Below are positions 10,087 to 19,403 of a DNA stretch of 64,000 nt, piece by piece. The DNA lies in the NCBI GenBank assembly GCA_043754535.1, contig JAYUUN010000048.1, positions 64,484 through 128,483 on the forward strand, in the 5' to 3' direction. The notes beneath the pieces were generated by a model that saw only the letters and a program-made list of their open reading frames with translations, was not told where the DNA came from and did no database searches. The position numbers and the translations under genes are program-made. How positions within the stretch are numbered: the stretch's first letter is position 1; the number at the start of each line of letters is the position of its first letter. The DNA comes from Chloroflexota bacterium. GTDB taxonomy: Bacteria > Chloroflexota > Chloroflexia > QHBQ01.

Positions 10087-10614
10087 TTAGAACGGAATAT
10101 CTTCAGCGTCTTCTTCGTAAGTGCTGCGAGCCGGTTGGGGGCGGCGGCCCTGCGACTGCTGGGCGGGCGCGGCCTGATTGGGGCGGCGGGTGGGCTGCGG
10201 TGGGGCGGCATCGTCGTCATCGTTGCTGTCCTGGCTGCCAGCCCCACCGCCATAACCGGCTTCGCTGTTGTTGTCACGCCGCGAGTCGATCAACTGCACG
10301 TCGTTGACGATCACATCAGCACTGGTGCGGCGCACGCCATCCTTATCATCGTACTGGCGTATTTGCAGGCGGCCTTCGATGTAGACACGGCTACCCTTCT
10401 TCAGGTAATCCACGATCACCTTGCCCTGATTGCCGAAGGCGGTGCAGTTGAACCAATCGGTTTCCTCAACCTGGTTGCCGTCAGCACCGCGCGATACGCG
10501 GCCACAAGCCAGACTGAAACGGGTCGTCTCTGTGCCACTTTGCGAGTAGCGCACCTCTGGGTCTTTGCCGAGGTTGCCGATCAACTGTACCTTAGCCATG
10601 CCACGATTAGCCAT
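10087..10614 (-). CDS. ssb: single-stranded DNA-binding protein
   Basis: OB-fold N-terminus (VQLIGNLGKDPEVRY...TDWFNCTAFG), a Gly/Pro-rich tail and the acidic C-terminal tip DIPF. Confidence 0.93.
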   Translation of the reverse strand: MANRGMAKVQLIGNLGKDPEVRYSQSGTETTRFSLACGRVSRGADGNQVEETDWFNCTAFGNQGKVIVDYLKKGSRVYIEGRLQIRQYDDKDGVRRTSADVIVNDVQLIDSRRDNNSEAGYGGGAGSQDSNDDDDAAPPQPTRRPNQAAPAQQSQGRRPQPARSTYEEDAEDIPF

Positions 10615-10669
10615 CGCTGTTCCTCCTGGGCTGCAACTAGGGGTTGAATGGGGCGGGTCGAAGGGGTTA

Positions 10670-10966
10670 CTACTCGTAGGGCTTGATCAGCATATGGCGT
10701 AGCACGTCATCAGTGTACTTGATGTTACGCTCCAGGTCGCGGGCCACCTTGGGGTCAACCGAGACATAGGAGAGGACGTAGTAGCCATCCTGGTTGTTTT
10801 CGATGGGGTAGGCGAGGCGACGGCGACCCCAGGGCGAGGTCTGGTTTACCTCATGTACCTGGCCGCCAAGGTTGGTCACAAAGGTGCCAACTCGCTCGAT
10901 GATCGTTGCGGTCTCTTCTTCGCTGAGATTAGGGCGGATGATATACATCAATTCGTAACGACGCAA
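10670..10966 (-). CDS. rpsF: 30S ribosomal protein S6
   Basis: RRYELMYIIRPNLSEEE is a typical S6 N-terminus. I preferred the TTG at 10966 (GGAGG 11 nt upstream) over the GTG at 10978, which is 1 nt from the SD. Confidence 0.9.
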   Translation of the reverse strand: MRRYELMYIIRPNLSEEETATIIERVGTFVTNLGGQVHEVNQTSPWGRRRLAYPIENNQDGYYVLSYVSVDPKVARDLERNIKYTDDVLRHMLIKPYE

Positions 10967-11144
10967 AAAATCACACACTCCTTCCTACGGGTATGCAAAC
11001 CAGGGTCATCGGTCAGCCGGGGCGTGTGAGTTCCTCGCGCAGCCTACCTGGGGCAGAAAGGTCAGGGCGGCAAAGTTGCCGCGCAGACAATATGTACTTC
11101 AGAGGCGACACGCTGCCGCCCCTTGCCATCTTTGCTGGCAACCG

Positions 11145-11174
11145 ATTATACCACATTAAAGCGGTGCAGCGCAA
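11145..11174 (-). promoter_or_regulatory. sigma-70-type promoter candidate for rpsF-ssb-rpsR (TTGCGC-N18-TATAAT), implying a 5' UTR of about 170 nt
   Basis: Hexamers read on the minus strand. Confidence 0.35.
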
Positions 11175-11222
11175 GCGTTGCCGCGCCCAGCGAGGATTGA
11201 GGGTGGCCCTGCTCGTTGTTGC

Positions 11223-11251
11223 TTGCTACATAGGGGGTAAACTGTTATAAT
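11223..11251 (+). promoter_or_regulatory. sigma-70-type promoter candidate (TTGCTA-N17-TATAAT)
   Basis: Hexamers lie upstream of the 11299 gene. This argues against the track start at 11251, which lies within the -10 element. Confidence 0.45.
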
Positions 11252-11298
11252 TGCTGAACTTCAGCTACAACCGTCATCTTCAGGAGGAGTCCGCTTCA

Positions 11299-11937
11299 AT
11301 GAGTCTGTATGCCATCTTCGGTAGCGCACTGGCAGCGGGCAGCAATGCCGCCCAGTTGCTCCAGGCCAACCCAGTGTCCAACACCAACCAGATCACCCCG
11401 GTAGCACCTGCTCCCATCCCCCCTGCTCCAGCTGCTGCTAGTGGCTTCAAGTTCAGCCCCTTTGAGCAGGCCGACCCTGGCATGGGGCCACTGGCCTGGG
11501 CCTTCTTCGCCCTCAGCCTGGCAATGTTGATCGGGGCGATCTACGTGCTGACTACCCTACGCAAGCGGTACAAGGGGGTGAACAACATCGCCTACCGCCA
11601 GTACACCCGCTGGGGCGAGATCTTCGTCACCATCGGTGCAATCGGCCTGTTCCTCTGCGTGCTACGCTTCCCGATCTGGCCGACCGCTATCCCGAACGTC
11701 TCCGGCCCCTTCGAGTACGGTGGCCAGCGCATCTGGATTTACCTGATGTTCCTTTTCTACATTGGCTACGCAGCCTGGGCCTACTACGACTTCACCCGCA
11801 ACTACCCGCCGAAGATCGCTGCCTGGCAGGCCAGACAGGCCAAGCGGCAGTACGACTCGGCAGCGATCCGCCGCCACGGGATTACCACCACCCCGAAGGG
11901 CAGCCCCACTGGGGTTAAGCGGCGCGCTCGTCGCTGA
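11299..11937 (+). CDS. hypothetical membrane protein (3 predicted TM helices, basic C-terminus)
   Basis: ATG with GGAGGAG 9 nt upstream. Hydrophobic segments are present and no family was recognised. Confidence 0.5.
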   Translation: MSLYAIFGSALAAGSNAAQLLQANPVSNTNQITPVAPAPIPPAPAAASGFKFSPFEQADPGMGPLAWAFFALSLAMLIGAIYVLTTLRKRYKGVNNIAYRQYTRWGEIFVTIGAIGLFLCVLRFPIWPTAIPNVSGPFEYGGQRIWIYLMFLFYIGYAAWAYYDFTRNYPPKIAAWQARQAKRQYDSAAIRRHGITTTPKGSPTGVKRRARR

Positions 11938-11958
11938 TCGGGCTTTAGAGGAACACGG

Positions 11959-11986
11959 AGAGGGAGGCACCCGCCCCCTCTTTTTT
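11959..11986 (+). terminator. rho-independent terminator candidate
   Basis: AGAGGG-N10-CCCTCT followed by TTTTT. Confidence 0.5.
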
Positions 11987-12225
11987 GTTGCCCGTCAGCA
12001 TAGGGGGCGCAGGGCCACGAGGGAGAGAGTACGGTCTTGTGTCCGTTCATGGTAGCAGCGGCGGCTATGGCTGGCGGGTTGGGCCAACGGATAGTAGGGC
12101 TGTGGGTCTGCCTGGGCTAGCTTGATATACTAATAGCCAGACCGCAATCCGCTGCTGCTAACCACTTCTGCAACCGTAACCAACCCGCCCCAGCCGTTGC
12201 CCTCCACCAGCCACCCCTGGGTAAG

Positions 12226-12265
12226 GCAAAAGGAAAGCGGGCCGCCTCCGAGGAGACAGCCCGCT
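12226..12265 (-). terminator. rho-independent terminator candidate after the giant SLH gene
   Basis: Minus-strand AGCGGGC...CTCC-TCG-GAGG...GCCCGCT nested hairpin followed by TTCCTTTTGCC. Confidence 0.6.
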
Positions 12266-12284
12266 CTGCGCTGGAGTGCAAGGC

Positions 12285-15200
12285 TTAGGGAACGAAGGGG
12301 GTGTCCATACTCTTTTTCAACACCTTACTCAGTTCGCCACGGCGGATGTTTTCGTTCGGGCGGAAGCACTGGCCGCCACCGCTAGTGCAGGCTGCCCCGC
12401 TGACTATGTTGTAGTGGGCAGCGGTTTCGATGAACAGGTAGAAGGTGCTGTTGGTCGGCACGTCGCTGAAGCTGCCACCAGCGGTCGGGGTGAAGCGCAG
12501 CCAGTTCCAGGACTTGACCGCGATTTTGGCGACCTCGCCACGCGTGATGTTGACATTGGGGCCGAAGCAGGGGCTAGCCACCCCCAGGGCGGTGCATTGC
12601 CCCGCACTGAGGCCGCTGATCACGTTCTGTCCCTTCAGCGTCTCAATGTACTTGTAGAAGATGTTGCTCGACGACACGTCGCTGAAGCTGGGGGTACCAG
12701 GCGTAGGGATCACTGGGAAGCCCCGCGCAAGCACGGTCATCTTGCTGAACTGGGCGCGGCTCGCATTGTAGTTCGGGCCGAAGGTGCTGCTGGTCAGGCC
12801 GTTGACGATGCCGTGGCAGTAGAGATACTGGATGTAGTTGGTGAAGAACGAGCCACCCAGGTCGAGGAAGGGTACCACACAGGGGGTACCGGGTGTGGTG
12901 GTGCCGTTGGGAGTTTCGGTCGGCAAAGCAGTATTGCTGGCGACGGGGGTGTTGGTTGGCCCCGTGGTGGCGATCTGTGTCGCCGTGCTGCTGCGGATCG
13001 GGGTGGGGGTCAGAGTGGGGCCACCGGGGGTGATTGTCGGGCTGGGGGTGGCAGTAGTAGCCGGGGCGATCAGGTCGGGGGCGGCTGGCCCAGGTTGGCC
13101 GTGTCCATCCACCAGTGCTACCCGCCAGTAAATCGGGTCAGAGAGCGTGAACCGCTCCTCTGTCCAACAGCGGTTGACCGTCCGCAGCGAGCGGCGGTTG
13201 ACGGTGAAGTTAGGGTCGGTAGCCATCTCCAACTGGTAGCCGAGGATGGTAGTGCTGATTTGCAGCGAGTTGGCGAGTGGGGTGTTGATCGCATCCCAGC
13301 AGAGGTTGACGCTGCGGGTGGTACCCTGGCGAGTGGCGGTCAAGCCACGCACGTTGTAGTAGGCTTTGGTGAAGGTGTAGATTGGCGAGTAGTAGCTCTC
13401 CACCTGGCGGGCTGTACCCTGGTAGACGGCGTTGAGGCGATAGAAGTATTCGCGCCCGTTGACCAGGCCACCGCCGATATCGAGGGCGAAGTCAGTGGCG
13501 AAGATGCTGCTGTTGTCGAGGGTGAGTGGAGCGTTGAAGTTGCGGTTGTCGGCGACTTGCAGGTGATAGCGGGTGGCAGAGAGGGTTGGGTTGACGGCAG
13601 GCACCAGCAGCGGTGACCAGCGGATGATCGGGTCAATGCGGGTAATCTCGTTGATTGGCCCAATCACGGTTGGCACTACCAGTTGCACGGTGTGGGTTGT
13701 CACCCCCGCCCGCCAGTCGAATTGCGAGTCCTGGTTGTTGTAGCTCTCCTTCGCCTTGAGGTGGTACCAGTGATCCTGCTGCGTCAGCGGGCTAGGCGGA
13801 GTCCAACTGAGGTTGTACGAGACAACGGACTCTGGGATGTCGCTGAAGTTGGCGTTGCGGCTGACCTCCAGCTTGTAGGTAGCTGCGCCCTCGGTGCGAA
13901 GCCAACTGTAGGTTGGCACCCCATTGTCGAGCGTGACACTGGGTGGGTCAACCTGAATGTTGGCCTTGAGGAAGCGGCTAGCTCTGCTGTAGGAGCCGCG
14001 CAAAGCACAGGCCTCGTAGCCGAGTAGACCTCCACGACAGATACGCACGTGCCAGTAGTAGCTATTGAGGCCACTGAAGGTTGGTAGACCCTGACCCTGC
14101 TCGAAGCTATTGACCATATAGCCCCAGGCTGTACCGTTGCCAAAATATGGGTTGGGTACTACAAGACGGTGGCCGTAATAGCCACCACCGAGTGCAGGGG
14201 GGAAGGTGGTGAAGCTGCGTTCGTTGGCGATCTGGAGGTCGTAGCCGTTCATCAGGGTGGTGCTGGGTACAGTAGACCAGACCAGGAGGCTGTTGTAGAG
14301 GATGCGGGTCTGGTTGGCTATGTCGGTGTTGTTGAAGTCAAGGTTGGTGTCGAAGGGATAGATAATGTTTGGCGCGTCGGTGGCGGCCAGCGACTCGTTG
14401 AGGGTGCGCGGCCCTGTGCCAATCGCGCCGGGGTCGTTCGGCACGGTGTCGCGCACGGCACCGCTGCTATCAACGGTGAAAGCCTCCACACCGAGGAAGG
14501 GCAGGAAGCCAGGCACATAGTTGGAGTCGCCGCCGAGATAGTTAAAGTCGCCAGTACGGGGCAAGCGAAACTCCAGGTAGCCAGCTACCGACGTGGTGTA
14601 GGCGGCCCCAGCGATAATATCGAAGGGGCGGGCCGAAGCGAAGTTGGTGCCGTCCCACTTACGGAGCAGCGGCATCGTCCAGCTACCATCGCCCCGGTGG
14701 CTGATTTGCAGCACGTACTCTGGGCGGAAGTTTGGCCCGGCCTGCACGTTGGTGTAGATTGGGTCGGTGGGTGCGCCAGAGGGGATCAACACCCCAGTGT
14801 TGGAGTCGTTGCTGCCGTAATCGGCGTTGATATGTAGGCTGTAGGTGATGGCGGTGCTGGCCCCTACGGTGCCAGTATCCAGACCGATGTGATAGCCAGC
14901 CTGGTACTGGCCGTTCGGCTGCAAGGCATAATCTTCGCTCAGGTAGAGGGCGTGCAGGTCATACTCGTTGCCGGTCGGGGCTTCCTCAACGATCTTTGCG
15001 TTGCTCAGGTCGCGGATTATCTGGGGGCCGCCGTAGTAGAGCGGCGGCTGGCCGCCCGGTAGGTAGCCACTGGGGAAGGCGAACCAGGCGTGGATGAAGA
15101 AGGTGGCGGTTTCGCTCCAACTACCAAGCTGGGTGCCACTGCCGTCGCGGGCTGCTACCCTCCAGAAGTAGCGTTCGGGGGCGAGGTTGGTTCGCAGGCT

Positions 15201-17090
15201 GCCAACAGTGAACTTACTAGTAAAGTCGGCCACCGTTGTACTGAAGTCGCTCTTGAGGCTGACTTGCAAGCGGTAGCTAACTGCGCCGCTCAGTGGCTGC
15301 CAGCGGAAGACCGGCACCTCACGGGTACTGGCCGTGTAGCTAACCGGGTCGAGAGCCTGGATGGAGCTATTAGTGGGCGGCGCATTGAGGCTGCTGCTAA
15401 CGCGGGCTGCCCACACCTGGCTCGGCACTCCATACTGGGTTCCCCCAGCGAGGTAAGCTGTCACCCGCCAGTACATCCTCTGCGCGCTGTTGATGCCACA
15501 GGGGGCATTGTCGAACTCAGTACCCTGGGGGGCAACACTTAGTTGGGTAGTGGTCAGGGTAGCGAAGGGGTTGGTGATCAGGTCATCGCAGGCGAACTCC
15601 ACCTTGTAGTAAGCAGGTGCGCCCAGGTCACCATCCACTCGCTGCCACTCAAAGATGGGCAGGGGTGAGCTAGTGGTGATCGGCCTGGAGATTTCGGGGT
15701 GGGGGTCATAAGCGTAAACCGGGTAAGAGGCTTCAGGGGCAAGGATGTTACCAAGTGGGCCATTGTCGAAGCGAAACGAGTTGGCGGCACTAGTACGGCC
15801 ACGGAATGGTGCGCCAGCAGCGCGGTAGGGTGTTACCCGCCAGTAGTAGTCGGTACCAGCGTAGATGGGGTCAAGGTTGTCCACCATGACGTAGGACTGC
15901 GAAGTAATCTTGGTAAGGTACTGCGAGGTAAAGCCGTCGTTGTGAGCAAACTCGAACATATACTCGTAAGCACCAGGTACTGCCGTCCAACTGAAGATCG
16001 GCTTGTAGGCGTGCTGATAGCCCTGGGTGGGCGTGAGCAGGGTGGGCAAGTAGTCCCAGGCCATACGGAAGACACGCGGGGCCGGGGGTGGGCGGTAGAA
16101 GCTATTGGAGTCCATCACCTGCACTGACCAGTACCAGTCCCGGTCATTGGGCAGAGCTTCCACTGGGGTGTAGCTGGTGGCATAAGTCTCGTAGCGCACG
16201 ACACCCTGGCTGAGGTTCTGGTCGTTGGCGTAGACTAGCCGGTAGCGCAAGGCACCCTTGACCGCCGACCACTTGAAGGTAGGCGTGAACTTGACGGTGA
16301 TGCTGTTGTCGGGGCTGAGCAGAGTAGGGGTGGCCGCGAAGCCGAGACTGAAGGTGCCAGGGTCAGCCCACGCTCCACAAGTATTGCTGCTGTCGGCTGC
16401 ACAAACCCGCCAGTAGTAGGTATTATCGGTCAGGCGTTGAGTAGGGATGTAGCTGTTGCCATAGACGCTGATGTTGATCACCAGGTTGCCCTGGCCGAAG
16501 TCTAGCGAGTTGGCAACCTGGAATTTGTAGATTGCCGCCCCGGAGACGGTAGACCAACTGAAGGTGGGGTACTCGAAGTAGCTGATGCTAGAGGGTACCG
16601 GGGTCAGGGTTGGGCGGTCGCTCCAGTTGCGGCGGAAGTGGCCGGAGTTGCCCCATGCGCCCACCACGCCAGCAGCACTGCGGCTCCGCACCTGCCAGTA
16701 GATGATAGAGTTGTTGTTGACGAAGGCCTCGTTGTGTGGGTCGGAGGGGGTAAAGCTGGTTGAGGCCAGCTGCACCACGGTGTATGTGTTGGCTGGGGCG
16801 TAGTTGGGGTCGGGGCTAAACTGCACGTCGTAGGTTGCCGCATCGCCCACCGCACTCCAGGTGAAGGTAGGGATGCCGAGGGGTGGGTAGTTGGTACTGG
16901 TTGCTACTTCGTTTTCGGCGGGGGTAATCAGTACATCCGGTGGCAGCGGGCCAACCTGCGGCTGGGTGGCTGCCTGGCTGATCGGTGTGCCAACCATGGT
17001 CAGTAGCAGCACTGCGGTTAGCATCAAAAGCAACCCCCGGCGGGCTGGCTGGCCCTCAAGGGAGCGCAACCCACTCTTACGTCTGGTCAT
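12285..17090 (-). CDS. giant secreted cell-surface protein (about 1600 aa): signal peptide, at least 9 copies of a roughly 100-aa beta-sandwich-like module, a Thr/Pro linker and three C-terminal SLH domains. S-layer/envelope protein candidate.
   Basis: Three SLH motifs are present (FLDLGGSFFTNYIQYLYCHGIVNG, FSDVSSSNIFYKYIETLKGQNVISG, FSDVPTNSTFYLFIETAAHYNIVSG). The recurrent module signature is P(T/I)FxWSAVxGAxxYxxQV...YYWRV. The ATG at 17090 has AAGGAG 9 nt upstream. Confidence 0.85.
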   Translation of the reverse strand: MTRRKSGLRSLEGQPARRGLLLMLTAVLLLTMVGTPISQAATQPQVGPLPPDVLITPAENEVATSTNYPPLGIPTFTWSAVGDAATYDVQFSPDPNYAPANTYTVVQLASTSFTPSDPHNEAFVNNNSIIYWQVRSRSAAGVVGAWGNSGHFRRNWSDRPTLTPVPSSISYFEYPTFSWSTVSGAAIYKFQVANSLDFGQGNLVINISVYGNSYIPTQRLTDNTYYWRVCAADSSNTCGAWADPGTFSLGFAATPTLLSPDNSITVKFTPTFKWSAVKGALRYRLVYANDQNLSQGVVRYETYATSYTPVEALPNDRDWYWSVQVMDSNSFYRPPPAPRVFRMAWDYLPTLLTPTQGYQHAYKPIFSWTAVPGAYEYMFEFAHNDGFTSQYLTKITSQSYVMVDNLDPIYAGTDYYWRVTPYRAAGAPFRGRTSAANSFRFDNGPLGNILAPEASYPVYAYDPHPEISRPITTSSPLPIFEWQRVDGDLGAPAYYKVEFACDDLITNPFATLTTTQLSVAPQGTEFDNAPCGINSAQRMYWRVTAYLAGGTQYGVPSQVWAARVSSSLNAPPTNSSIQALDPVSYTASTREVPVFRWQPLSGAVSYRLQVSLKSDFSTTVADFTSKFTVGSLRTNLAPERYFWRVAARDGSGTQLGSWSETATFFIHAWFAFPSGYLPGGQPPLYYGGPQIIRDLSNAKIVEEAPTGNEYDLHALYLSEDYALQPNGQYQAGYHIGLDTGTVGASTAITYSLHINADYGSNDSNTGVLIPSGAPTDPIYTNVQAGPNFRPEYVLQISHRGDGSWTMPLLRKWDGTNFASARPFDIIAGAAYTTSVAGYLEFRLPRTGDFNYLGGDSNYVPGFLPFLGVEAFTVDSSGAVRDTVPNDPGAIGTGPRTLNESLAATDAPNIIYPFDTNLDFNNTDIANQTRILYNSLLVWSTVPSTTLMNGYDLQIANERSFTTFPPALGGGYYGHRLVVPNPYFGNGTAWGYMVNSFEQGQGLPTFSGLNSYYWHVRICRGGLLGYEACALRGSYSRASRFLKANIQVDPPSVTLDNGVPTYSWLRTEGAATYKLEVSRNANFSDIPESVVSYNLSWTPPSPLTQQDHWYHLKAKESYNNQDSQFDWRAGVTTHTVQLVVPTVIGPINEITRIDPIIRWSPLLVPAVNPTLSATRYHLQVADNRNFNAPLTLDNSSIFATDFALDIGGGLVNGREYFYRLNAVYQGTARQVESYYSPIYTFTKAYYNVRGLTATRQGTTRSVNLCWDAINTPLANSLQISTTILGYQLEMATDPNFTVNRRSLRTVNRCWTEERFTLSDPIYWRVALVDGHGQPGPAAPDLIAPATTATPSPTITPGGPTLTPTPIRSSTATQIATTGPTNTPVASNTALPTETPNGTTTPGTPCVVPFLDLGGSFFTNYIQYLYCHGIVNGLTSSTFGPNYNASRAQFSKMTVLARGFPVIPTPGTPSFSDVSSSNIFYKYIETLKGQNVISGLSAGQCTALGVASPCFGPNVNITRGEVAKIAVKSWNWLRFTPTAGGSFSDVPTNSTFYLFIETAAHYNIVSGAACTSGGGQCFRPNENIRRGELSKVLKKSMDTPFVP

Positions 17091-17457
17091 CAAGACTCTC
17101 TCCTTCTCTATCCTCCTGGTGAGGTACAACGCCTACTGACTACACAGCTTAGTAGTAGTGTACTACCTTTCTGTGCTAAGATCAAGTTCTGCTCCCTGGC
17201 TGCCCTGCTTGCAAGCAGGCTGGCAACCTTACCAGAACCTTACCGAACGTCAGGTCAACACCGCTATCCCTTACAACGCCACTACCAGCCACTGCCACTC
17301 TCCACTGGACAGTCACCGGTCTACAAGTTGAACGTATATAAACACGCTTTTATATAATAGCACAACTGGGTTGCAAACACAATAGCTGATCGATCAACGT
17401 CCGACTATGCGGACGGGTTCCATTGCTGCCATGCTTACAACCAAAATGGCTGGCAGG

Positions 17458-17487
17458 TTGGCACTAGCTGCCCAGTTGGTCTATAAT
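17458..17487 (+). promoter_or_regulatory. sigma-70-type promoter candidate for fhs (TTGGCA-N18-TATAAT)
   Basis: Hexamers at 17458-17463 and 17482-17487. RBS GAAGGAGG lies 6 nt before the fhs ATG. Confidence 0.5.
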
Positions 17488-17553
17488 CTAGCCCGTAGGG
17501 TTGCAGGACGGAGTTAGGCAAGCGGCTATACTGAAGGATGAAGGAGGCGGGCA

Positions 17554-19248
17554 ATGCAAAGTAACCTGGAGATAGCACAGGGAGCGCAGTTGCAACCGAT
17601 TGCGCTGGTGGCCGAACGGTTGGGGCTGCACGAGGATGACCTTGAACTTTATGGCCGCTACAAGGCGAAAATCAGCCTGGATGTGCTGCCGCGCCTGCAA
17701 GATCGCCCGCTGGCGAAGTACGTGGATGTGACCGCAATTACCCCTACCCCCCTCGGCGAAGGCAAGACGACGACAACGGTGGGCCTGGGCATGGCCCTCA
17801 ACTACATCGGCAAGAACGCGGTGATTGCCATCCGCCAACCCAGCCTGGGGCCAGTCTTTGGCATCAAGGGCGGGGCGGCGGGCGGCGGCTACGCCCAGGT
17901 GATCCCGATGGAGGACTTCAATCTGCACCTGACTGGCGACACCCACGCCGTTACTGCCGCCCACAATCTCTGTGCTGCCTTCCTCGACGCGAGCATCATG
18001 CACGGTAACCCGCTTGCGCTCGACCCGCTGGCGGTTAGCTGGCGGCGGGTGCTGGACATCAACGACCGCGCCCTACGCGATATCATAGTCGGGCTGGGCG
18101 GCAAGGAGAACGGCGTGCCGCGAGAGAGCGGCTTCGACATTACTGCGGCTAGTGAGGTCATGGCAATTCTGGCCCTGGCGACTAGCCTGGGCGACTTGCG
18201 CCAGCGGCTGGGCCGCATCGTCGTCGGCCTGACCGGCGCGGGTAAGCCTGTCACGGCAGAGGACTTGCGCGTGGCTGGGGCAATGGCCGTGCTGCTCAAG
18301 GACGCACTGAAGCCCAATCTATTGCAGACTCTCGACAACACCCCCGCCCTCGTGCATACTGGCCCCTTTGGGAACATTGCGCATGGCAACAGCAGCATCC
18401 TGGCTGACTTGATTGGGGTGCGTTGCGCCGACTACCTGGTGACGGAGAGCGGCTTTGCGGCAGATATGGGCTTCGAAAAGTTCGCCGACATCAAGTGCCG
18501 CTATAGCGGTCTGCGCCCTGACGTGGCGGTGGTGGTGGCGACGGTGCGCGCCCTGAAGATGCACAGTGGCCGCTTCAAGGTAGTGGCTGGCAAGCCGCTA
18601 GACCCTGCCCTGCTGCGCGAAGACTTGGCGGCGTTGGAGGCTGGGGCGGTCAACCTGGTGGCCCACGTAGAGAACGTGCGGAAGTTTGGCATCCCAGTGG
18701 TGGTGGCGGTCAACGTCTTTGGCGAAGATACGCTCGCCGAGATCGCCCTGATCCAGCGCATTGCCGAGCAAGCGGGGGCGTTTGCTGCCGTGCCAGCTCG
18801 CCACTTCGCCCAGGGGGCGGCGGGGGCGGCGGAGTTGGCGGCGGCAGTGGTCAGTGCAGCCAACCAGCCCAGCGACTTCCACTTCCTCTACGACCTCGAT
18901 CAGCCGCTCAAGGCCAAGATCGCAGCGATTGCCACCAACCTCTATGGCGCAGCGGATGTAGAGTACACAGGGGCAGCAGAGGCCAGCCTGCGTAGCTTTG
19001 AAGCGAATGGCTATGGCGGTCTGCCGATCTGCATGGCAAAGAGCCACCTCAGCCTCTCGCACGAGCCGACTTGGAAGGGGCGACCGACGGGCTACACCCT
19101 GCCCGTGCGCGAGGTCAAGCTGTCGGCGGGGGCAGGGTTCGTCTACCCGCTCTGCGGCACGATGCTGACCATGCCGGGGCTGGGCAGCAACCCAGGCGGC
19201 CAGAACGTGGACTTGGACGACAGTGGGCGGATAGTCGGGCTGTTTTGA
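17554..19248 (+). CDS. fhs: formate--tetrahydrofolate ligase
   Basis: PTPLGEGKTTTTVGL P-loop and full-length FTHFS-like sequence. Confidence 0.95.
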   Translation: MQSNLEIAQGAQLQPIALVAERLGLHEDDLELYGRYKAKISLDVLPRLQDRPLAKYVDVTAITPTPLGEGKTTTTVGLGMALNYIGKNAVIAIRQPSLGPVFGIKGGAAGGGYAQVIPMEDFNLHLTGDTHAVTAAHNLCAAFLDASIMHGNPLALDPLAVSWRRVLDINDRALRDIIVGLGGKENGVPRESGFDITAASEVMAILALATSLGDLRQRLGRIVVGLTGAGKPVTAEDLRVAGAMAVLLKDALKPNLLQTLDNTPALVHTGPFGNIAHGNSSILADLIGVRCADYLVTESGFAADMGFEKFADIKCRYSGLRPDVAVVVATVRALKMHSGRFKVVAGKPLDPALLREDLAALEAGAVNLVAHVENVRKFGIPVVVAVNVFGEDTLAEIALIQRIAEQAGAFAAVPARHFAQGAAGAAELAAAVVSAANQPSDFHFLYDLDQPLKAKIAAIATNLYGAADVEYTGAAEASLRSFEANGYGGLPICMAKSHLSLSHEPTWKGRPTGYTLPVREVKLSAGAGFVYPLCGTMLTMPGLGSNPGGQNVDLDDSGRIVGLF

Positions 19249-19403
19249 GGCAACCTTTAGCCCGGCTCATCCGTTATTCTATATAGGGTAGGACGATGCT
19301 CCTGCTTGACGCAAAGGAAGCTAGTGTGCGATAATGTTGGCGCACACCTCGCTGCTGAGCCGTGCTGTGCCTGGAAGCAAAAGAGAGGGAGAGCGTACCA
19401 CTG

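Noticed and set aside
12276-13616. Long ORFs antisense to real genes: 12276-13616 (+), 8134-8712 (+), 9443-10078 (+), 39024-39911 (+), 59778-60770 (-), 62811-63986 (-), 17488-18003 (-), 42315-42929 (+).
   Set aside because: Each lies fully inside a gene with clear family motifs on the opposite strand. Their translations are low-complexity Arg/Gly/Ala/Val-rich with no motifs, which is typical of shadow ORFs in roughly 60% GC DNA.
17488-17553. A possible ZTP/THF-type riboswitch in the fhs leader.
   Set aside because: The leader implied by the promoter candidate is only about 60 nt, and I could not find the conserved pfl/ZTP or THF core sequences by eye.
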